Of a DNA stretch of 64,000 bases, positions 1 through 9,219 are shown piece by piece. Position 1 is the first letter of the stretch. Each line of letters opens with the position of its first letter. This DNA comes from Clostridia bacterium (lineage in GTDB: Bacteria > Bacillota > Clostridia > TANB77 > CAG-508). The translations under genes and the position numbers were made by a program. Location of the stretch: the NCBI GenBank assembly GCA_017410505.1, contig JAFQQR010000027.1:107439-171438 (forward strand). Reading direction: 5' to 3'. The notes below the pieces were generated by a model that had not been told where the DNA came from, ran no database searches, and saw nothing but the letters and a program-made list of their open reading frames with translations.

Positions 1-227
1 AGCCAACAAATACAAATGCTTTTTCAATCATTGGAAAAAACGCTTTAGTTATTAAGGATATAGATTCTGCCCATTCTACTGGTCAAATTAAAATTAATGG
101 TGAAGTTTGGTCAGCAGAATCAGAAAATGGTGAAACTATTCCAGAAGGTTCAGAAGTCGAAATTTTAAATATAAAAGGCGTTAAAGCAATAGTTAAAGGA
201 ATTAAAATTACAGCTGATATGAATTAA
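1..227 (+). CDS. NfeD-family OB-fold protein, 3' part (truncated by window edge)
   Basis: Frame from nt 3 reads ...IIGKNALVIKDID...GQIKINGEVWSAES...IPEGSEVEILNIKGVKAIV, TAA at 225-227; directly upstream of an SPFH gene, the usual NfeD-SPFH pairing. Confidence 0.85.
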   Translation, partial: PTNTNAFSIIGKNALVIKDIDSAHSTGQIKINGEVWSAESENGETIPEGSEVEILNIKGVKAIVKGIKITADMN

Positions 228-351
228 ATATCTGAGATTCTACTTCAAAAGTCTGAGGTTAGATTTCAGATATTTGAAGCTTGATTAATTTTGTTATTAA
301 CATTACTTATTTTTAAGTATTTATATATTTTATTTTATAGGAGGATTAATT

Positions 352-1255
352 ATGGGAGTTTTATTAATTTTATTAGTTATAATATTAGTTATAGCATTTA
401 AATCAATAAAAATCGTTAAACAAGCTGAGGTTTATATAATTGAAAGATTAGGTAAATTTTATAAAGTAGCAGATGCTGGTCTTACAATTATAATTCCATT
501 CTTCGATCATGTAAGAAGTGTTGTAAGTTTAAAACAACAAACAATGGATGTTCCGCCTCAAGGAGTTATTACAAAAGATAATGTTACAATTACAATAGAT
601 ACTGTTGTTTTCTATCAAATAACAGACCCTGCAAAAGCAGTTTATGAAATTCAAAGTTTAAAGAAAGGTATTGAATATTTAGCAATTACAACAATTCGTG
701 ATATTATTGGTAAAATGACTTTGGATGAAACATTTAGTTCAAGAGATGATATCAATAATAAATTAAGAATTGTCTTAGATGAAGCTACAGATAGATGGGG
801 ATGTAAAATAGACAGAGTTGAAATTAAGGATATTACACCACCTGCTGATATTAGAGATGCTATGGAAAAAGAAATGAATGCAGAAAGAAATAAAAGAGCT
901 TTAATTCTTGAATCTGAAGCTCAAAGACAATCTGCTATTACTATAGCTGAAGGTAAAACAAGCTGCTATCTTAGAAGCTGAAGCTGATAAAGAAGCTAGA
1001 ATTACTAGAGCTGCCGGTGAAGCACAAGCTATTAAAGAAGTTGCTGAAGCTAAAGCTGAAGAAATTCAAAGAGTTTATGAAGCAATTAAGAATTCAAATC
1101 CAGATGACAAATTAGTTCAATTAAAGTCTTTAGAAGCTTTAGAGAAAGTTGCTGAAGGTGAAGCTAATAAAGTATTTATTCCTTTTGAAGCAACTAGTGC
1201 ACTTTCAAGTTTAGGTGCTATTAAAGAAGTTATAAAAGATGAAAAGAAAAAATAA
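352..1255 (+). CDS. SPFH/band 7 (stomatin/QmcA-like) protein, interrupted by a +1 frame break near 955-959
   Basis: ORF 352-981 has SPFH motifs (IERLGKF, VITKDNV, IKDITPP). The +1 frame from 959 continues QAAILEAEADKEARITRAAGEAQAI...ANKVFIP...KK to TAA 1253-1255. Confidence 0.85.
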
Positions 1256-1260
1256 TTTTA

Positions 1261-1290
1261 AAAAAGAGGAATTTTATAATTCCTCTTTTT
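1261..1290. terminator. Bidirectional intrinsic terminator between convergent SPFH and argS
   Basis: AAAAAGAGGAATT-loop-AATTCCTCTTTTT hairpin with A/T tails. Confidence 0.7.
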
Positions 1291-1318
1291 TGATACCTTC
1301 TTCCATATTCCTATTTTT

Positions 1319-3034
1319 TTACATTTTTTCTGGCATTTCTATTCCTAATAATTGAGCTCCTTGTTTCAAAACATTTCCAACTGCATATGTTAAATAAATA
1401 CGAGCATCTTGAATCTCTTTATCTTCCACAATAATTTTATTCTCATTATAAAAACTACTATAAGCTTTTGCTAAATCAATTAAATATCTTGAAAGTATTG
1501 ATGGTTCATTCTTATCTGTTACTTGGATTAAAACATCCTCAAAATTATACATTAATTTTAATATTTCTAAAGAATATTCATCTGTTAAATTTTCTATTTT
1601 TATATCTTCAGATTTTGGTACATACCCTGCCTTTTCTAATACACTTCTTGTTCTTACATATGTATATTGAATATATGGACCTGTTTCCCCTTGGAAATTT
1701 AATGCTGTATTCCAGTCAAATATTTGGTCTTTTGTAGTCACTGTTGATAATGTATTGAATACTATTGCACCTATTCCAACTTTCTTTGCTACTTCGTCTT
1801 TATTTTCTAGATTTGGATTTTTTTCAGCTATTATTTCTTGTGCTTTTTCTATTGTTCCATTTATTAAATCTTCTATTTTTACTACATTTCCAAGTCTTGT
1901 CGACATTTTCCCTGTTGGTAGACTCACCATTCCATATGATACATGTTCTAGTCCTTTTGCATATTTTTCATCTACTAAATATTTTGCTACCTCAAATATT
2001 TGCTTAAAATGTAGATTTTGTTCATATGCTACAACATATAAGCACTTGTCAAAGTCATATGTTTTTGCTCTATACATAATTGCTGCCAAGTCTCTTGTTG
2101 CATATATTGATGAACCATTTGCTTTTTGTATTAAACATGGTGTATTTATTCCCACATCTTCTAAATCTACTATTCTTGCTCCTTCAGATTCAGTTAATTT
2201 TTCTTTTTCTTCAAGTGTTTTTATCACTTCATCTGTTTTGTCAGCATAAAATGCTTCCCCATTATATGAATCAAATTTAACATTTAAAATATCATAAATT
2301 TTGTTAAATTCTACCATGCTTAAATCTTTAAATCTGTTCCATAAGTCTACACAGTACTTATCTCCTGATTCTAGAAGTCTAAAATTTTCTCTACATCTTT
2401 CAAGAACTTGTTCATCTTCTTTGCATAGACTATTTATTCTTACATACATATCCATCATTTTGTTTATTGGGTCTTCTTCTAAATTATATTCATCTTTCCA
2501 CATTTTATATGCTTCTATCATTTTTCCGAATTGTGTTCCATAGTCTCCTAAATGATTTATTCCAGTAGTGTTATACCCTAAATATTTATATGTTCTATAT
2601 AGTGAATTTCCTATTAATGTTGTTCTTAAATGTCCTATATGGAAAGGTTTTGCAATATTGGGTGCTGAATAGTCTATTACTATATTTTTTCCTTTTCCTA
2701 CTTCTGATTTTCCATATTCCTGTGTTTTTGATACCTCTTTTAAAACTTCTTCCACTAAAATTTCTTTATTTATAAAAAAGTTTAAATATCCACCAATCAC
2801 TTCTACTTTTTCTATTTCTTTAATTTGTTCTATTTCTTTTTCTATTACTTCTTTTATCTCATTTGCTATTACTGGTGGTGCTTTTTTTAATTCTTTTGCC
2901 AATCTAAAACATGGAAAAGAATAGTCTCCATTTTTAGCATCTTTTGGTATTTCTATATATGTTTCTAATTCTTTTTCATCTATTTGAGTTACTTTTGATA
3001 TTTTGTCTGAAATTATTTGTTTAAAATTTATCAT
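1319..3034 (-). CDS. argS: Arginine--tRNA ligase
   Basis: PNIAKPFHIGHLR (HIGH), GDYGTQFG, KMSTR, GETGPYIQY, C-terminal MPEKM. Confidence 0.97.
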   Translation of the reverse strand: MINFKQIISDKISKVTQIDEKELETYIEIPKDAKNGDYSFPCFRLAKELKKAPPVIANEIKEVIEKEIEQIKEIEKVEVIGGYLNFFINKEILVEEVLKEVSKTQEYGKSEVGKGKNIVIDYSAPNIAKPFHIGHLRTTLIGNSLYRTYKYLGYNTTGINHLGDYGTQFGKMIEAYKMWKDEYNLEEDPINKMMDMYVRINSLCKEDEQVLERCRENFRLLESGDKYCVDLWNRFKDLSMVEFNKIYDILNVKFDSYNGEAFYADKTDEVIKTLEEKEKLTESEGARIVDLEDVGINTPCLIQKANGSSIYATRDLAAIMYRAKTYDFDKCLYVVAYEQNLHFKQIFEVAKYLVDEKYAKGLEHVSYGMVSLPTGKMSTRLGNVVKIEDLINGTIEKAQEIIAEKNPNLENKDEVAKKVGIGAIVFNTLSTVTTKDQIFDWNTALNFQGETGPYIQYTYVRTRSVLEKAGYVPKSEDIKIENLTDEYSLEILKLMYNFEDVLIQVTDKNEPSILSRYLIDLAKAYSSFYNENKIIVEDKEIQDARIYLTYAVGNVLKQGAQLLGIEMPEKM

Positions 3035-3107
3035 TTTTCATCTTTCCTTTTTATATTAAATTTAACAATTCATTTATTATTGTTTGCCACTTTCTCAAAC
3101 GACTTTT

Positions 3108-4115
3108 CTACTTAGTATTTTTCTCTATATAATTCCAACTATCCTTACACATATCATCTATATTTTTTTCTGCAGTCCATCCTAAGTCTTCTCTAGCTTT
3201 AGTTGGATCTGCATAGCATATTGCAATATCTCCAGGTCTTCTAGGAACAATTCTATATGGTACTGATTTTCCTGTTGCTTTTTCAAATCCTTTTACCATA
3301 TCTAAAACACTATATCCTTTACCAGTTCCTAAATTATATATATATAATCCTTCCTTTTCTTTTTCTAGCTTTTCTAATGCTTTTATATGTCCTTTTGCTA
3401 AATCAACTACATGGATATAATCTCTTACTCCTGTTCCATCTGGTGTATTATAATCGTTTCCAAATACTGATAATTCTTTTAAAGTTCCAGCTGCAACTCT
3501 TGCGACATATGGCATTAAATTGTTTGGTATTCCTTTTGGTTCTTCTCCAATTAATCCACTTTCATGTGCTCCAACAGGATTAAAATATCTTAATATACAA
3601 ATATCCCATGTGTTATCTGACTTATAAATATCTTTCAATATTTGTTCAATGTATAATTTTGTTGTTCCATATGGATTTGTCGTTCCTCCAGTTGGTGTTT
3701 CTTCAGTAATTGGCATTTTTTCTGGTTCTCCATACACTGTTGCTGATGAACTAAATATAAATTTTTTACATCCATATTTTCTCATTGTATCTAATAATAC
3801 TAATGCTCCTGAAATATTATTTGTATAATATTCTATTGGTTTTTGTACTGATTCACCAACAGCTTTAAATCCAGCAAAATTCATTACTGCTTCTATATTG
3901 TTTTCTTCAAATACCTTTTCTAATTTTTCTTTATTTAAATAATCCATTTCATAGAATTTAAAGTTTTTTCCTGTTATTTTTTTTATTGATTCTAATGCTT
4001 TTGGTGTGCTATTTGAAAAATTATCTATTATAATAATTTCTCTTCCTTCTTTTAATAATTCTACTGCTGTGTGACTTCCTATAAATCCAGCTCCTCCTGG
4101 TAATAATATTGCCAT
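3108..4115 (-). CDS. galE: UDP-glucose 4-epimerase (start at MAILL, 4115)
   Basis: GGAGFIGSHT, FSSSATVYG, NPYGTTK, LRYFNPVGAH; GGAGG SD before 4115. Confidence 0.95.
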   Translation of the reverse strand: MAILLPGGAGFIGSHTAVELLKEGREIIIIDNFSNSTPKALESIKKITGKNFKFYEMDYLNKEKLEKVFEENNIEAVMNFAGFKAVGESVQKPIEYYTNNISGALVLLDTMRKYGCKKFIFSSSATVYGEPEKMPITEETPTGGTTNPYGTTKLYIEQILKDIYKSDNTWDICILRYFNPVGAHESGLIGEEPKGIPNNLMPYVARVAAGTLKELSVFGNDYNTPDGTGVRDYIHVVDLAKGHIKALEKLEKEKEGLYIYNLGTGKGYSVLDMVKGFEKATGKSVPYRIVPRRPGDIAICYADPTKAREDLGWTAEKNIDDMCKDSWNYIEKNTK

Positions 4116-4197
4116 ATGTATTCCTCCTAATTTAAAACCATTTCTTATCTGTCTCCTATTCCGGCCACTGCTGCCTCCTGAGTTTTCTCTATTATTT

Positions 4198-5592
4198 CTA
4201 CTTTTTATCAATGGACATTCCATCTTTTGTGTCCTTTACGACATATCCTTTTTCAGCAATTAAATCTCTTAACTCATCTGATTTTGCCCAATCTTTATTT
4301 TCTCTAGCTATTTTTCTTTGTTCTACTAAATCTAAAATCTCTTGTGGTATATCTTCATCTTTTGAATTTATTTCATCTATTTTTATTCCTAAAACGGTGT
4401 CAAATTTTGCAAGCATTTCTGCTACTTCTGGATTTTTCTTTTCAAATCTAGCAGTTTCCCAAACAAAGCTCATAGCTAGTGGCATATTTAAATCATCATT
4501 TATTGCCTTATGAAAATTTTCTTCAACCTGCATTAATTTTTCTTTATCTTCAGGTGTTAATTCATCTTTTCCATTTAAATTCACTTGATAACTATTACGT
4601 AGTCTTTCTAAAGATTTTGATGCAGCATCTATACCTTCCCAAGTAAAATTTAATTTATTTCTATAATGGCTTGAATAACTAAATAATTTATATACTATAG
4701 GATCATAACCTTTTTCTTTAATGTCTTTTACTAAATATACATTTCCAAGGCTTTTTGACATTTTTCCGCCGTTTATTAATAAATATTCTCCATGCATCCA
4801 ATAATTTGCTGGTATTTTTCCACATCTGCCTTTACTTTGTGCTATTTCATTCTCATGATGTGTAGGTATTAAATCTATACCACCAGTATGTATATCAAAT
4901 TGTTCACCTAAATATTTTTGCCCCATTGCTGAACATTCTATATGCCATCCTGGATAACTTAGTCCCCATGGACTATCCCATTTCATTAAATGATTTTCTG
5001 GTGCTTTTATCCACAAAGCAAAATCATAAGGATTTTTCTTTTCTGGGTCTATATCAACCCTTGCTCCTGCTTTTTGTTTTTCTATATCTAAATTTGATAA
5101 AATTGGATACTTATCTAATTTTGATATATCAAAATATATTGCTGTTGATGTTTCATATGCATATCCATTGTTCACTAATTTTTCTACATATTCTAGCATT
5201 TCTTTTATATGTTCTGTTGCTTTACATACTATTTCTGGCGTTTCTACATTTAGAGCATTTAAATCTTCAAAAAATATTTTTGTATAATGTTCTGCTATTT
5301 CTAATGGTGTTTTATTTTCTTCTCTTGCTGATTTTAACATTTTGTCTTCACCTTCATCAGCATCTGATACTAAATGTCCAACATCTGTTATATTCATTGC
5401 ATGTTTTATATTATACCCATTATATTTAAGTACTCTTCTTAAAACATCTTGAAATATGTTTGTTCTCATATTTCCTATTGTTGCATCTTTATATACTGTT
5501 GGACCACATGAATATATTCTTATTTCTTTAGGATTTATTGGTTTAAATTTGTCTTTACTTTTTGTTAATGTATTATAAAAATATATTTCCAT
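4198..5592 (-). CDS. cysS: Cysteine--tRNA ligase
   Basis: YSCGPTVY, PGWHIECSAM, HHENEIAQS, KMSKSLGN. Confidence 0.97.
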   Translation of the reverse strand: MEIYFYNTLTKSKDKFKPINPKEIRIYSCGPTVYKDATIGNMRTNIFQDVLRRVLKYNGYNIKHAMNITDVGHLVSDADEGEDKMLKSAREENKTPLEIAEHYTKIFFEDLNALNVETPEIVCKATEHIKEMLEYVEKLVNNGYAYETSTAIYFDISKLDKYPILSNLDIEKQKAGARVDIDPEKKNPYDFALWIKAPENHLMKWDSPWGLSYPGWHIECSAMGQKYLGEQFDIHTGGIDLIPTHHENEIAQSKGRCGKIPANYWMHGEYLLINGGKMSKSLGNVYLVKDIKEKGYDPIVYKLFSYSSHYRNKLNFTWEGIDAASKSLERLRNSYQVNLNGKDELTPEDKEKLMQVEENFHKAINDDLNMPLAMSFVWETARFEKKNPEVAEMLAKFDTVLGIKIDEINSKDEDIPQEILDLVEQRKIARENKDWAKSDELRDLIAEKGYVVKDTKDGMSIDKK

Positions 5593-5665
5593 TTTTCCTC
5601 CTTGTTAATTTTATATTATACCTATTACATTTTTTAAATTGGCAGATATACTTATCTGCCAATTT

Positions 5666-8203
5666 TTAATGTTGCTTTGTTCCATTTCCTGTTGAAGTTT
5701 TCTCTGTTGATGTATTGTTTTTATTTGTTGTATTTTGTGGTGTTGTATTTGTTGTATTTGTTGATGTTGTGTTCGTCTTATCTGTTGTATTTGTTGTAAT
5801 TGTATTTGTATCAACAGTATTGTTCGTTATCTCGGGTTTTTCCTCTGGTTTTTTATGATTTGTACATGTTTCTTCTACTTTTGCCTTTGATGTTGAAGAC
5901 GCTGCTCCTAATGGTTTCCAAAGATTTAATTTTTCTTTTGGTACAACTCCTCCATAACTTATCTTTTTAACTTGTTCAGCAGGACAATATTCATTTGCAA
6001 TTTTTCCAGATTCTTGACAAATGCTTTGAACTCCGTGCCCTTCGCATTTTTCTGGCATATTATCTTGAGTAAATATCTCTGAATATGTGTCTGTACATGA
6101 TGATACTGCTATACATCCTGTTGTTCTACATACAGTTGCAGTAACTATTCCGCTTGGCTTATTAAAGTTTTTGTTTGGTAAATCTTTGTGAACACTTTTC
6201 ATAACTGCTGCCCATATATTTCCTGCTGGGTTTCCACTTGCAGTTACTCTTTCATTATTATCATATCCAAACCAACATGCTGCTGTATAATATGGTGTCA
6301 TACCACATAACCATCTATCGTAATATTCATCTGTTGACCCTGTTTTTGCACATGTTTCCATTCCTGGTATTGCGCAATATGTTGCAGTTCCACCTGATTT
6401 AACTGGCTCTGCAGTTATTTCTCTTGTAATATAAGCATTTTGTTCAGAAAAAACTCTTGTCTTTTCTTGTTTAGGTGTTAATACTGTATTTCCATTTGAG
6501 TCTACTACTTTTGTATAGAATATTGGTGTCATATATACACCATCATTCGCTATTGTTGCATATGCTCCTGCCATTTCTAATGGGCTAATTCCTGTTGTTA
6601 AACCTCCTATTGATAATGGTAATCCATTGTCATTTTCTTCATCTAATGATGTTACTCCCATTTTCTTCATATATTCTATAGCTTTTGCTGGAGTTAATTC
6701 TTTCATTATTTTTACCATTGGTATATTTTGTGATGTTTTTATACAACTTCTTATATTAATTAATCCTTTTGGTGTATTATAATCATCTGGTTTATATACA
6801 CCATCAAAAAGCGTTTTTACATCATCATATACTGTTGCTGCTGTTATTACTTTTTCTTCTAATGCTGGTGCAACATCAACAATTGGTTTTATTGAAGAAC
6901 CTGTTTGTCTTACCATTTGTGTTCCTCTATTCCATCCTGTTGCATATTTATTTCCTAATTCTCCACCAACTGCTACAACTTGACCTGTAGTATGGTCCAT
7001 TATTACCAGTGCTGCTTGTGTATGGTCATTTAGTAAATTACCATTTTGGTCTTTGTCCTTTCCTGCTATTATATAATTTGTTTTACTAAATTCTTCTTCA
7101 ACCTTAGCTTGTATTGAAGCATCTTCTGTTGAATATATTGTTAATCCACTACCATATACATAATTTTCTGCCAATGCTTTTGATATGTTTTTTTCTTCCA
7201 TTACTTGTTCTACAACTTGTTTTATAGCAGCATCTGTATGGTATGAATATGTTGAATTTGTACTTGTATCTCCTTTGGTGAAGGTTAAGCCGTTTTTTAC
7301 TTTATTCTCTGCTTCATTATATACTGTTTCATCAGTTACAAGCCCTTGTTCTTTCATTTGGCTTAATACTGTTAATGTTCTATTTTTTATAAGTTCTTTG
7401 TTATCATTTGATTCATCAAATGGATTATATTTACTTGGTGAGTTGTTTATTCCTGCCAAAAATGCACATTCTGCTAGGTCTAAATCTTTTGCACTTTTAT
7501 TAAAATAATATACTGATCCTAATTCTACTCCATGAAGATTGTTTCCTCCAACAAATATAATATTTAAATATAATTCTAATATTTGATCTTTGGAAATCAT
7601 CCTTTCTACTTGTACAGCTTTTGCCCATTCTTTTACTTTTCTTGTTATTCCTGCTACTCCAGATCTTGCATCGTCTTTAGTTATGTTTTTTACTAATTGT
7701 TGTGTTATTGAACTTCCACCATATGATGAGTTTCCTGTAACTGTTCCTAATATTGCTCCTGTTGTTCTTTTAATATCTATACCGTTGTGTGAATAAAATC
7801 TTTTGTCTTCTATTGCAATATATGCTTTTGGTAAGTATTCTGACATTTCACTTAATGATATAGTTTTTCTTTTTTCATCTGTGCTTAAATTTGCTATTTC
7901 GTTTCCATCTTTGTCTAATATTATTGTGTTTGAAGATCCTACTACTAGTTCTTCTTTTGTTATTTCGAATTCATCTCCAAATAATCCAAAAAATATTGCT
8001 GCGATTATTCCTGCTCCAATTACACATAGTAATAAGAATGTTATTATTATGATTTTTAGAGCTAATTTTAGTTTTGGATTCATTCCTTTCTTTTTTTTGC
8101 CTTTTATATTTTTGTTAGTTCTTGTTTTTTTATTTGTATTGTATTTATTATTTGTACTTCTTTGTTGTGGTCTTTTAGGTCGTTTATTACTACTGTTTGG
8201 CAT
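5666..8203 (-). CDS. Class A penicillin-binding protein (PBP1A family)
   Basis: Basic N-tail, TM helix, transglycosylase EDKRFYSHNGID / GGSSITQQLVKN, transpeptidase GSSIK and KTG motifs, Thr/Asn-rich tail. Confidence 0.93.
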   Translation of the reverse strand: MPNSSNKRPKRPQQRSTNNKYNTNKKTRTNKNIKGKKKKGMNPKLKLALKIIIITFLLLCVIGAGIIAAIFFGLFGDEFEITKEELVVGSSNTIILDKDGNEIANLSTDEKRKTISLSEMSEYLPKAYIAIEDKRFYSHNGIDIKRTTGAILGTVTGNSSYGGSSITQQLVKNITKDDARSGVAGITRKVKEWAKAVQVERMISKDQILELYLNIIFVGGNNLHGVELGSVYYFNKSAKDLDLAECAFLAGINNSPSKYNPFDESNDNKELIKNRTLTVLSQMKEQGLVTDETVYNEAENKVKNGLTFTKGDTSTNSTYSYHTDAAIKQVVEQVMEEKNISKALAENYVYGSGLTIYSTEDASIQAKVEEEFSKTNYIIAGKDKDQNGNLLNDHTQAALVIMDHTTGQVVAVGGELGNKYATGWNRGTQMVRQTGSSIKPIVDVAPALEEKVITAATVYDDVKTLFDGVYKPDDYNTPKGLINIRSCIKTSQNIPMVKIMKELTPAKAIEYMKKMGVTSLDEENDNGLPLSIGGLTTGISPLEMAGAYATIANDGVYMTPIFYTKVVDSNGNTVLTPKQEKTRVFSEQNAYITREITAEPVKSGGTATYCAIPGMETCAKTGSTDEYYDRWLCGMTPYYTAACWFGYDNNERVTASGNPAGNIWAAVMKSVHKDLPNKNFNKPSGIVTATVCRTTGCIAVSSCTDTYSEIFTQDNMPEKCEGHGVQSICQESGKIANEYCPAEQVKKISYGGVVPKEKLNLWKPLGAASSTSKAKVEETCTNHKKPEEKPEITNNTVDTNTITTNTTDKTNTTSTNTTNTTPQNTTNKNNTSTEKTSTGNGTKQH

Positions 8204-8310
8204 TTTTTATACCTCCTTGCCAATATTTTTTACAATACATTTATTATATTATATTTTTGATAAAAATGAAAGGGTTTGAGGGAAATTTTTGATATTATTG
8301 GTTAGGTTTC

Positions 8311-9147
8311 TTATAGTTCTCCGTTGTTTAGTATTAGCTTTTTTATTATTACTTTGTCTATTGCTATTTTTTCTTTTATTTCCTTTATTCTTTGTTTTTT
8401 GTATAATTGTGATTCATATAAATCTTTTAGATAATATTTTTTGCTTAGTGCTTTGTCTTCTTTTTTGTCGTTTCTGTAGTCTATTTCGTAATCGTTTATA
8501 TTTAAACCGTTGAATCTTTTTTTGTTTATTTTTATTTTTTCTTTTATGTTTATTAGTATTGCTTCATCGTTAATTGTGTATTTATTTATTAGTTCTTTTG
8601 GAAAGTCTATATTTATAATTATTTGTGATTTTTTTAGGCTTTTCTTTTTGTTGTTTGTTATTGTTATTATTATTCCTTCTTGTTCTAAGTTTTTTTCTAT
8701 TTTTTTAAATTTTTCTATGTGATTTGTTACTATGTTTATTGTTTTGTATTTTCTTGCTAATATTTTTATATTTTCATATTCTGTGTCTGTTAAATCGTTT
8801 ATTAATATAGATATATTGACTTTTTGTAGTTGTTTCTTTTTTATTATGTATTCTATTGTATCTGTTAATAAAATTTCGAATAACCATTTTCCGTCTGATA
8901 TTTCTATTCCATTTGTATTTAAATAATTTATATATGTTTGTTCTTTTTGGATTTCCTTGCTTAATACTACTTTTCTACTATTGGAATGTTTTTCTATTAT
9001 TTTATTTGTTTTTGTTGCTATTTTTTCTATTTGTTTTTCTTTTGTATTTTCGGTTATTGGTATCATTATTGTGTTACCTGTAATTTTTAGTATACCTAGC
9101 TTTTTTTCTATAAAGTTGGGCTTGTCATTTTTTTCTATATAAAACAT
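8311..9147 (-). CDS. Hypothetical protein, possibly sporulation-regulated
   Basis: 278-aa Lys/Ile-rich ORF with GAGGTG SD; sigmaE-like -10 CATATACT just upstream. Confidence 0.6.
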   Translation of the reverse strand: MFYIEKNDKPNFIEKKLGILKITGNTIMIPITENTKEKQIEKIATKTNKIIEKHSNSRKVVLSKEIQKEQTYINYLNTNGIEISDGKWLFEILLTDTIEYIIKKKQLQKVNISILINDLTDTEYENIKILARKYKTINIVTNHIEKFKKIEKNLEQEGIIITITNNKKKSLKKSQIIINIDFPKELINKYTINDEAILINIKEKIKINKKRFNGLNINDYEIDYRNDKKEDKALSKKYYLKDLYESQLYKKQRIKEIKEKIAIDKVIIKKLILNNGEL

Positions 9148-9219
9148 AAAAACACCTCATATCTTTTTTTATTTAAGTATATGTGGTGTTTTTTATTTTA
9201 TTAATTTTATTTTATTGGA

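Noticed and set aside
4116-4223. N-terminal extension of galE / GC-richer spacer after cysS
   Set aside because: SD and homology place the start at 4115; no convincing structure or repeat in the spacer
5666-5830. TTG/TTGTA-rich low-complexity tract and the overlapping 67-aa Gln-rich ORF
   Set aside because: Simply encodes the Thr/Asn-rich disordered tail of PBP1A
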